Below are positions 1 through 7,028 of a DNA stretch of 11,328 nt, in pieces. Origin of the DNA: Longimicrobiales bacterium (GTDB taxonomy: Bacteria > Gemmatimonadota > Gemmatimonadetes > Longimicrobiales > Gaopeijiaceae); the NCBI GenBank assembly GCA_965226375.1, contig CBDDCX010000001.1, positions 1-11,328 on the forward strand. The letters are read 5' to 3'. The notes below the pieces were generated by a model that saw nothing but the letters and a program-made list of their open reading frames with translations, was not told the DNA's origin and did not search any database. Made by a program: the position numbers and the translations under genes. The first letter of the stretch is position 1. Each line of letters begins with the position of its first letter.

Positions 1-1768
1 GTAACTTGCCCAGATCGATCCACCCACACGAACTCACTCTGTGAAGCGACGGCGGGGGTCTGCCAGTACACCAGATCACCCGAGGTCGACAGGCTGTACA
101 TGGCGTCGGATGTATTAGTGATACCGACGCCTTCGACCATTGGCACCGGAGCAGAGGTGAGTGACATGGTCTTGGCATCGCAGCCTGCGGCGAGCAGGAC
201 TCCGTCCATGGACGCGAACACCAGATGCCCCGTCGACGTCACGTAGGAGCGGAGACCTTCCGTCAGGGAGACGCGACGGCCAGTGTCCAGATCCATGGCG
301 TCGATCCGGCGCGGGACACTCCAGACCGTAAAGACCCCCACCCCACTCTCGGGGAGCACCTGGAAGTAGCCATGAGGACCGTCATTCTCGGCCATGAACT
401 CCGTAACCTGCTCTACCTCACCGCCTGCGGCCGGAACTCGTTTGATAGTCCGATCCGCGGCCGAGTAGTACACGAAGCCGTCCTCGCCCCAGCGGAGGCA
501 GCAATTCACTCCATCGGTCAGCGTCCGTACCAAACCCCCTTGCAGGGGTGATACCATGATTTGGCCGCCGCCTTGGAAGGCCACCTCAGTGCCGTCGGGC
601 GAGATGATTGGATCGACAACGTTCCCTTCAGACCCCGAGATGGGGACCGCGTTGAGGTCATCCCAGCGCCGGATAAAGAGCTGGATCTGGCCGTCCTCAT
701 TCGGATAAGCCATCACTAGGGCGGAGCCATCAGGCGAAAGCGCCAGCCACTCGCGTGGAATCTGGCCTTGGTCCCGCGCCAGCGAGAACCGCTCTACGGG
801 CAGGGGCGGCGCTGGACGGAGCAGCAGCCAGAGAGCCACGGCCGCGAATAGGCCGGCGGCAGTCGTCGTCGCGGTGGTCAACCGATTCCACGGACCACCG
901 GGCGCCACGGACCGTGAATCCTCCAGATGCCGGAACGAGGGGTCCGCCAGCGCCTTCGCAAACTCCAGCGCGCTCGCGAAGCGGTCGGCCGGCAACTTCT
1001 CCAGCGCACAGCGGATCGCGGCGTCCACATTAGCCGGGATGGACTGACGGTGCTCCGTCGGCGATACGGGCTTGCCCGCGATGATCTTGCCCAACACCGC
1101 CTGCGCGGTCGTTCCCGGATAGGGGGGCTCACCTACGAGCATCTCGTACAGAACCGAACCCAGCGCATAGGTGTCAGTCGCGGCACCCACAGGCTGGTCG
1201 CCCGTCGCTTGCTCGGGACCCATGTAGTAGGGCGTGCCCAAGCTGAGTCCCGTCTCCGTGAGGCGGTTCCCGCCGGCCCCCCCCACGGCCAACGCGATTC
1301 CGAAGTCGGCTACGACCGGTTCGCCGTCCTGCAGCAGGATGTTGGCCGGCTTGATGTCACGGTGGATGACGCCGTGGCGATGGGCGTAATCCAGTGGGTT
1401 GGCCACCGCCGTTGCGATGCCGACAGCCTGATCCACGGGAAGCTGCTTCTCGCGGTCGATGCGGCCCTGAAGTGTCTCCCCTTCCACGTACGGCATCACG
1501 TAAAAGAGGAAGCTGTCCGCCTCACCCGAGTCGAAGAGGGGCAGGATGTGGGGGTGCTGGAGATTCGCGGTCGTCTTGATCTCACCCAGGAAGCGCTCGG
1601 CTCCTACTACGGCAGCCAGCTCGGGCTTCAGCACCTTGAGCGCCACCCTACGCTCGTGCTTCAGGTCGTCGGCGGGAATACGGTAGCCATTCCGCCCTCA
1701 CCGAGTTCACGGATGAGGGAGTAGCGGCCGTCCAGGGCGACGTTTAGGCGGGTGATCACGTCAGACAT
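1..1768 (-). pseudogene. Hanks-type Ser/Thr protein kinase with TM segment and TolB/PD40-like beta-propeller; frameshifted at ~1674 (true pseudogene or sequencing error); 3' end outside the window
   Basis: Manual translation from ATG 1768 gives MSDVITRLNVALDGRYSLIRELGEGGMATVF. After a 1-nt shift at 1674-1675 the frame is open from 1673 to base 1: ADDLKHERRVALKVLKPE, HPHILPLFDSG, HRDIKPANILL, VADFGIA, GTPYYMGPEQ, TDTYALGSVLYEML, then hydrophobic AAGLFAAVALWLLL, then ALSPDGS / ISPDGTEVAF / FVWVDRSG propeller-type motifs. It is missing from the ORF track because there is no stop inside the window. Confidence 0.9.
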
Positions 1769-1810
1769 GACGGCAACATGCGGCTAAGCTATGCCAGGCC
1801 ACAAGCGGCG

Positions 1811-1925
1811 TCGGACGGGAAGCAGAGTGGATCGGGAACAAAATGGGTCCGGAAGTAGTGTGGACAGGAACGGGGTGGACCGGCACCAGAGTTGATCCGG
1901 AAGGCCGAGTCGCTCGGGAAGCACC
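1811..1925. repeat. Degenerate tandem array of seven ~15-18 bp units (approximate consensus TGGAYC(S)GGAAS-N4-6)
   Basis: Units start at 1811 tcggacgggaagcagag, 1828 tggatcgggaacaaaa, 1844 tgggtccggaagtagtg, 1861 tggacaggaacgggg, 1876 tggaccggcaccagag, 1892 ttgatccggaaggccgag and 1910 tcgctcgggaagcacc. The array fills the gap between the dinB-family gene and the kinase. Confidence 0.6.
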
Positions 1926-1929
1926 TCCG

Positions 1930-2454
1930 TCAGCCCGCGGCGAGCACGTCCCGGATGATCTTCTGGTGGTGATTGTTGTGGATGACCATGAAGCGCAGCC
2001 ACTGCGCCACGTTGAGATCACCGAACACGAAGTGATTTCGTGTGGCGTCGAGGGATTGGATCTGCGCGAGGTCATCCTCGAGCCCCTGCACCCGCTCCCG
2101 AACTCGGCGAAACTTGGCCAGCAACTCCTCGGCGCTCACTCCCGTTGGCTGGGTCCGCTCAGGGGCCTTGCCCCGACCTCTCGGAAACCCACCGGTAACG
2201 AGCACGATTCGCCCAAGCAAGCTGGGGCGACCGCCTGTGGTGACCGACGGATCTCCGTCCAGGGCCTTCTCCACCCAGGTGACGATCCCGTGGTTCGCGA
2301 TCGAGAGGTGCTCCAGGTGGTCCTTCACACTCCACTTGGAGACCTCCGGCACGCACGACTCACACAAGACCGGGTCGGACGCCTGCTCGATGATCAGGTC
2401 CAAAGTCGCGAGCAGTGCAGCGTGGTCCCGTACCAACCTCCTGTTGATAGCCAC
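1930..2454 (-). CDS. DinB/YfiT-like (DinB_2) four-helix-bundle protein, putative metal-dependent thiol transferase or hydrolase
   Basis: 174 aa. WSVKDHLEHL near the N-terminus and HFVFGDLNVAQWLRFMVIHNNHH near the C-terminus match the DinB-superfamily pattern with a His triad. GTG start. Confidence 0.85.
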   Translation of the reverse strand: MAINRRLVRDHAALLATLDLIIEQASDPVLCESCVPEVSKWSVKDHLEHLSIANHGIVTWVEKALDGDPSVTTGGRPSLLGRIVLVTGGFPRGRGKAPERTQPTGVSAEELLAKFRRVRERVQGLEDDLAQIQSLDATRNHFVFGDLNVAQWLRFMVIHNNHHQKIIRDVLAAG

Positions 2455-2461
2455 ACGGGAG

Positions 2462-2490
2462 AAGCTATCGGCGGAAACCGCACGGGTCGA
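2462..2490 (-). promoter_or_regulatory. Putative sigma70 promoter of the DinB-family gene (leaderless-type)
   Basis: Minus strand TCGACC(2490-2485)-N17-TAGCTT(2467-2462)-N7-GTG(2454); no SD sequence before the start. Confidence 0.5.
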
Positions 2491-2509
2491 CGCCCAGCCG
2501 CGAGCGACC

Positions 2510-2542
2510 CTGGACGACCCGTCCAGCGCGTGGATCGTCCAG
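2510..2542. terminator. GC-rich stem-loop downstream of the permease gene (possible terminator or stabiliser)
   Basis: CTGGACGA(2510-2517) pairs with TCGTCCAG(2535-2542), with an inner TCCA/TGGA stem. It lies ~30 nt after the permease stop. No U-tract. Confidence 0.3.
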
Positions 2543-2573
2543 AACCGCCATCAGCAAGCGACGTACAGGCCGG

Positions 2574-5084
2574 TCAGGACGCCCGCAGCGCCTCTACCGG
2601 ATCGGCCTGCGCTGCCCGCCGTGCCGGCACGTACGCCGCTGTCCAGGCGACCAGCAACAGGACGAACATCGCACCTCCAAACGCGACCGGGTCCAACCCT
2701 CCGATACCGTAAAGCACACCGGCCAATCGCGACGCGGCCGCGGCCGAAATCGCCACGCCAACTACGAGGCCCCCGATCACGACCCACGCCACTTCGCGCA
2801 CGACCATGCGGATCACGCCGGAACGATCGGCCCCGAGGGCGATCCGGATTCCCAGCTCCGACGTGCGGCGAGCGACGCTGAAGCTGACGACCGCATAGAT
2901 TCCGAGCCCTGCGAGGAACAACGCCAAAGCCGAGAAGGCTCCCATCGCCCGGGCAGCCATGCGTGGCGCGGCCAGCGTGGCGCCGAAGTGACTCGTCAGC
3001 GTGCCTTGAGTCGTCACCGCCACCGAAGGCAGCGCACGGGCGAGTTCCTGACGCATGGGTGCGATCAGCGTGGCCGGGTCGCCATTGGTCCGGGCTACGA
3101 TGTAGCTCGGCGGAAAGCCAACCTGTCGCGTGCTGTAGTAGAACAGCGGTCGAGGACTCTCCGCGAGGCTGTTTACCGGCACGTCCCCGACGACACCCAC
3201 GACTGTGCGGGTCCACTCCTCCCCCGAGCCCTGGCCACGCATGCGGCGACCGAGCGGATCGGCATCTCCCCAGAAGCGGCGCGCTGCCGCCTGGCTCACG
3301 AGGATGGAGGTGCCGCCATCGGGCGTATCGCTGTCGTCGAAGAGACGGCCGGTCAGGAGCGGCACCCCCATCGTCTCGAAATAACCGTCGGACACCACCG
3401 CGAACGCCAGCTCCATCGCACTCGTGCCGGCCGAGGGCGTGTAGCCCTCCACTTCGGTCGTGGTACTACCGGATTGCCGAGCCGGAAGCCGTGACACGAG
3501 CGCCGCCCCGGTAACCCCAGGGATCGACGCCATTCGGTCACGAAGGTCGACCAATGCCGCCCGGACCTGCTCGCCGCCCTCGATGCCAGCACGCCTCCAG
3601 TCCGTCCGGAGGTACGCGATCCGATCGTCGTCCACCCCGGTATCTACGTTCTGGAGCCCTGTCAGGCTGCGAGCCAGCAGGCCCGTACCCAAGACGAGAA
3701 TGAGCGACGCGGCCACCTGGACGGCGACGAGGAGGCTCTGAAGACGGTTGGCTCCGCGACCTCCGGATGCACCCCGACGGTCGTCCCGCAGCGTCCTCGC
3801 CACGTCTGTACGGACCGAACGGATCGCCGGCGTGAGACCGAACAAGATTCCCGTGGAGGCCATCAGGGCCACCGAGCAAAGGGCGACACACAAATCGACG
3901 GACAGCTCCATGGAACGGCCGGCGACTTCCAGGAAGGGGAGCGACGGAATGGCTACCACAGCCCAGCGAGTGATGAGCAACCCGACCCCACCACCGAATC
4001 CCGCCAGCAAGAGCGATTCGAGGAGGAACAGACGGGCCACCCTAGCGCTGGGCGCCCCCAGGGCGGATCGCACCGCGGTCTCACCCGAACGACTGAGGCC
4101 GCGCACCAGAAGCAGGTTCGCGAGGTTGGCGCACGCGAGTAGCAAGACCGTGAGCACGACCGCGGACAAGAGCCCGCCGATACTACGCACGCTAGCGTCC
4201 TCCTGCGGATGAACACGCACGTCCTTTGACGCGAACACGGTGATGCCACGGCCACGGTTGTACTCGGGGAAGTCTTCGGCCAACCGTGCCGCGAGTGCGT
4301 CCATGGCGGATTGGGACTGCTCCACGGTGACGCCCGGGCCTAGACGCGCCAGCACCTGATACCAGTGGTCGGAGCGGCGCTCCAGGTTCGAGACCTGGAA
4401 GTCGCCGCTGACCATGGTCGCCGAGATCGACAACCAGAAGTCGGTCAGAAGAGGCGAGACCGTACCGGTCAGCTCTTCGGGACCGACGCCGATGATGGTC
4501 ACCGGTTGCTCGTTCAGGCGGATCGTGCGCCCTACGATATCGGGGTCACTCGCGAGCCGGGCCCGCCAGGTTGCCGCGCTCACCACAGCCACCGGGGCGC
4601 TGCCCGGCACATCGTGCTCGGGCCCGAACCAACGGCCCCGCTGCGGTGTGAGACCGAGCACCTTCATGTAGCTCGAGGTGGTGTACTCGGTCGCCACGGG
4701 TTCCGGCCCGTCGGGGCCTTCCCAGGCGGCCGACGACGGCGATGTGGCCGTCACGGCGGCGAATACGTCCGACTCCGCCATATCGAGAACGGCCGGATAC
4801 GACGTGGATTGAGGCTCGCCGTCATCCGAGTCCTGATACACATGGACGATCTCCTCGGGCTGATTCCAGACCGGCGGGCGAAAGAGAAGTGCGTCCACCA
4901 TGGTGAAAACGGTGGTGGTGGCCCCCACGCCGATGGCCAACAGCGCAACGGCGCCCAGCGCGAAGACCGGAGACCTGAGCAGCCGGCGAGCGGCATATCG
5001 AACATCCTGAAGCAGCGTATCCAAGAGAATCCCCCCTTGATAGTCCCGGCGGCGTATCGGCACCGCCGTGGCCCCCGCATCCAC
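2574..5084 (-). CDS. Duplicated MacB/FtsX-type ABC permease (ADOP-family orphan permease); natural start probably GTG 5256 via a frameshift, or TTG 5024
   Basis: 836-aa ORF with LLQDVRYAARRLLRSPVF...AIGVGATTTVF, LLLACANLANLLL..R..E..VR.ALGA, LVAVQVAASLILVLGTGLLARS, GIYAVVSFSVARRTSELGIRIALGA and C-terminal YVPARRAAQADPVEALR. This is two MacB periplasmic plus FtsX repeats. Confidence 0.93.
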   Translation of the reverse strand: MDAGATAVPIRRRDYQGGILLDTLLQDVRYAARRLLRSPVFALGAVALLAIGVGATTTVFTMVDALLFRPPVWNQPEEIVHVYQDSDDGEPQSTSYPAVLDMAESDVFAAVTATSPSSAAWEGPDGPEPVATEYTTSSYMKVLGLTPQRGRWFGPEHDVPGSAPVAVVSAATWRARLASDPDIVGRTIRLNEQPVTIIGVGPEELTGTVSPLLTDFWLSISATMVSGDFQVSNLERRSDHWYQVLARLGPGVTVEQSQSAMDALAARLAEDFPEYNRGRGITVFASKDVRVHPQEDASVRSIGGLLSAVVLTVLLLACANLANLLLVRGLSRSGETAVRSALGAPSARVARLFLLESLLLAGFGGGVGLLITRWAVVAIPSLPFLEVAGRSMELSVDLCVALCSVALMASTGILFGLTPAIRSVRTDVARTLRDDRRGASGGRGANRLQSLLVAVQVAASLILVLGTGLLARSLTGLQNVDTGVDDDRIAYLRTDWRRAGIEGGEQVRAALVDLRDRMASIPGVTGAALVSRLPARQSGSTTTEVEGYTPSAGTSAMELAFAVVSDGYFETMGVPLLTGRLFDDSDTPDGGTSILVSQAAARRFWGDADPLGRRMRGQGSGEEWTRTVVGVVGDVPVNSLAESPRPLFYYSTRQVGFPPSYIVARTNGDPATLIAPMRQELARALPSVAVTTQGTLTSHFGATLAAPRMAARAMGAFSALALFLAGLGIYAVVSFSVARRTSELGIRIALGADRSGVIRMVVREVAWVVIGGLVVGVAISAAAASRLAGVLYGIGGLDPVAFGGAMFVLLLVAWTAAYVPARRAAQADPVEALRAS

Positions 5085-5085
5085 A

Positions 5086-5256
5086 TATGGTCCGCCACCA
5101 GAGGCGGATCCGTCCCCAACTGTCCCCTGCCCGCTCCAGACGTGCGCTGAACAGGAGCGTCATCTCTTCCCCGTGGGCCTCACGAAACCAACGGGGATAC
5201 AGCAGCAGCAAGCCCCGAAAGATCCGCTGGTGCCAGCCTTCTGTGCGGTGGGTCAC
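5086..5256 (-). pseudogene. N-terminal prefix segment (~57 aa) of the ADOP permease, separated from the main ORF by a +1 frameshift at ~5085
   Basis: MTHRTEGWHQRIFRGLLLLYPRWFREAHGEEMTLLF...RLWWRTI resembles the LLRLYP..FR..YG.EM N-terminal extension of PadR-linked permeases. Its GTG start overlaps the padR stop (GTGA). Removing T5085 joins WWRTI to VDAGATAV. Confidence 0.75.
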
Positions 5257-5603
5257 GCCGGCTCCCTGAGAGCACCCATCGCGGTGGCGGCATCCACCAG
5301 GCGGCGCAGCCTGGCTGTCTCCTTGGCGAGCAGGTCCTTCCCATCCCGGGTGATCTGGTAATGCTTGCGCCGGGGGTCCGCGTCGGCCGAAGGCGCCGGC
5401 ACTGCCCGGATCAAGCGCGCCTCTACCATCTCCGCCAACGAGCGGTACAGCGTGCCCGGTCCCAACTCGAGCGCGCCGTCTGACACCCGCTCGATCTCAT
5501 CGGCTATCCCCAGTCCGTGCGAATCACGCTCCAGGAGCGCCAGCAGGATGTGATAGACGGGCGGACGCAGCGGGATCGTCCGCGGGTCGGGTGAGCGTGC
5601 CAC
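5253..5603 (-). CDS. PadR-family transcriptional regulator
   Basis: 116 aa with ILLALL...HGLGIADEIE...LGPGTLYRSL..MVEARLI and DPRRKHYQITRDGK. SD GAGGAGG (5615-5609) lies 5 nt before the GTG. Directly upstream of and coupled to the permease. Confidence 0.93.
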   Translation of the reverse strand: MARSPDPRTIPLRPPVYHILLALLERDSHGLGIADEIERVSDGALELGPGTLYRSLAEMVEARLIRAVPAPSADADPRRKHYQITRDGKDLLAKETARLRRLVDAATAMGALREPA

Positions 5604-5620
5604 AAGTGCCTCCTCGGGTT

Positions 5621-5664
5621 GATATATCCATATGAGATATATCTAAGTTGGATATTTCGGTCAA
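5621..5664 (-). promoter_or_regulatory. Putative padR promoter overlapped by tandem PadR-type operators
   Basis: GATATATC at 5621 and 5636 and GATATTTC at 5651 (15-bp period) form two overlapping ATATC-N7-GATAT inverted repeats. Minus strand TTGACC(5664-5659)-N17-TATATC(5641-5636). Confidence 0.65.
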
Positions 5665-5697
5665 CCGAGACCACCGCCCCTGGGATGAGGATTGTGC

Positions 5698-5732
5698 TTG
5701 ACGGATATTTAAGTGACTACTAAACTATCGAC
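5698..5732 (+). promoter_or_regulatory. sigma70 promoter of the ArsR operon with an overlapping imperfect palindromic operator; leaderless
   Basis: TTGACG(5698-5703)-N17-TAAACT(5721-5726)-N6-ATG(5733). The inverted repeat ATTTAAGT-gact-ACTAAACT (5707-5726) covers the spacer and the -10. Confidence 0.7.
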
Positions 5733-6101
5733 ATGAAGCGAATGTCCGCCACCGACCCGGAGACCATCCGGACGGCCATGGAGCCTCGCCGCCTTCAGAT
5801 CTTGGAGTTGGTTTGGGATCAGGAGCGCAGCGTGAACGAGATCGCGTCCGCGCTCCCGGTGAGCGTCGCTTGTGTGTCGCAGCATTTGTCCAAGCTGCAT
5901 AAGGCCGGCCTGGTCTCCGTCCGCGCCGACGGCAGGCAGAGATTCTACTGCGCGACCAAGGCCGACATGGGCGCCATGGCCGTGGTGTTGGAATCGTTCT
6001 GGAAGGACAAGATGGACGCGCTCAAGGTGCTCGCTGAAACCGTCGAACGTGAATCGCGAGGCCTGGCTTACGAGCGAGAGGTACTAGAAACGAACCGGTG
6101 A
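5733..6101 (+). CDS. ArsR/SmtB-family winged-helix transcriptional regulator
   Basis: 122 aa with AMEPRRLQILELV...SVNEIASALPVSVACVSQHLSKLHKAGLVSVRADGRQRFY. The C-terminal LESFWKDKMDALK helix is typical of ArsRs encoded upstream of SRPBCC genes. Confidence 0.92.
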   Translation: MKRMSATDPETIRTAMEPRRLQILELVWDQERSVNEIASALPVSVACVSQHLSKLHKAGLVSVRADGRQRFYCATKADMGAMAVVLESFWKDKMDALKVLAETVERESRGLAYEREVLETNR

Positions 6102-6170
6102 GCCCGGACCCGCCGGCGAGGCCGCGCGGGGAAGGCTCACGGGCGAGCTCTCACTGAAAGGATCAAGCAC

Positions 6171-6962
6171 GTGGAACAGACGACACCCCCCGCACTGGTC
6201 GATCTGTCGCGGGACATCGAGGCGAGCCCGGAGACGGTATGGAATATCCTCACGACGCCGGAGCTGTTCTCGACCTGGCTCGGCGGGAATGTGGAGTTCG
6301 AGGGCCACATAGGGAGCCCGTTTCGGGCCGAGTTCCCCAACTTCCAGATCGTGATCGCAGGAACCGTGGTTCACCTCGATCCAGAGGCACGTCACCTCGG
6401 CGTCACCTGGGGAATGGAGACGGGCCCCCAGGCCGAGACCTTCCCGGCGGGTTGTTCGCTCGTCGAGTTCCGCGTGTACGATGCCGAGGTCGGATGTCGG
6501 GTCGAGCTGACCCACTCGCAGCTACCGTCCGAGGCGGCCGCTCGGGAGCAGGAGGGGGGCTGGAGCTTCCACCTCAGTCGCATGGCCCTCTTTGCGAATC
6601 GCTCCGACCTGGGGGTGGGGCTCGAACGAACGTTGGGCGATTGGTTCGCCGCTTGGAACGAACCCGACGACACGAAGCGGATGGAGGCCCTGCGGGCGTG
6701 CTGTGCCGAAGACGTGGTGTTTCGAGACGACTGGGCCGTAGCCGACGGGATCGACCTTCTGAGTCTGCACATCTCCAACTGCTTCACGTACATGCCCGGC
6801 TGGAAGCTCGAGTCAACGGGAGAGGTGCGGATTTGTCGAGGCGAGGCGCTGGTCGGATGGCGCAGTATCGGTCCCGACGGTGCCGCTCTGGAGGGATTCA
6901 ACCACGTCAGTGCCGCACCAGACGGCACGCTCCGCCGGGTCACAGGCTTTCAGGCCGGCTGA
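6171..6962 (+). CDS. SRPBCC (AHSA1/START-like) domain fused to a C-terminal SnoaL/NTF2-like domain
   Basis: N-half IEASPETVWNILTTPELFSTW...VELTHSQLP...EGGWSFHL is an AHSA1-like pattern. C-half WFAAWNEPD...CAEDVVFRD...G.D.L...DGTLRRVTGF is a SnoaL-like pattern. SD AAAGGA precedes the GTG. Confidence 0.85.
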   Translation: MEQTTPPALVDLSRDIEASPETVWNILTTPELFSTWLGGNVEFEGHIGSPFRAEFPNFQIVIAGTVVHLDPEARHLGVTWGMETGPQAETFPAGCSLVEFRVYDAEVGCRVELTHSQLPSEAAAREQEGGWSFHLSRMALFANRSDLGVGLERTLGDWFAAWNEPDDTKRMEALRACCAEDVVFRDDWAVADGIDLLSLHISNCFTYMPGWKLESTGEVRICRGEALVGWRSIGPDGAALEGFNHVSAAPDGTLRRVTGFQAG

Positions 6963-7028
6963 GGCACCGCAGCTACAAGTCGATCCGGGGGGCACCCCGC
7001 GAGGTCCGGCTGAGGCGCCAATGAGACG

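Noticed and set aside
1275..1284. Poly-C tract in the kinase as a phase-variation site
   Set aside because: Only about 8 nt, in frame (VGGA), and not at the observed frameshift.
927..1724. 265-aa plus-strand ORF (also 225..551 and 755..1033)
   Set aside because: Antisense shadow of the minus-strand kinase, which has all the catalytic motifs; no recognisable domain.
1811..1925. Possible mini-CRISPR array
   Set aside because: Units are only 15-18 bp, degenerate, without unique 25-40 bp spacers, and no cas genes are present.
1843..2881. Long plus-strand ORFs of 289 and 279 aa
   Set aside because: Antisense to the DinB and permease genes; Arg/Pro/Ser-rich composition typical of off-frame GC-rich DNA.
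4822..5085. C-terminal part of the 144-aa ORF (CGCGGH...CSIC) as a Cys-rich metal-binding protein
   Set aside because: It is out-of-frame read-through over the permease CDS after the frameshift; only the first ~57 aa look real.
6239..7024. 261-aa alternative plus-strand ORF
   Set aside because: Arg/Gly-rich off-frame overlap of the SRPBCC-SnoaL gene.
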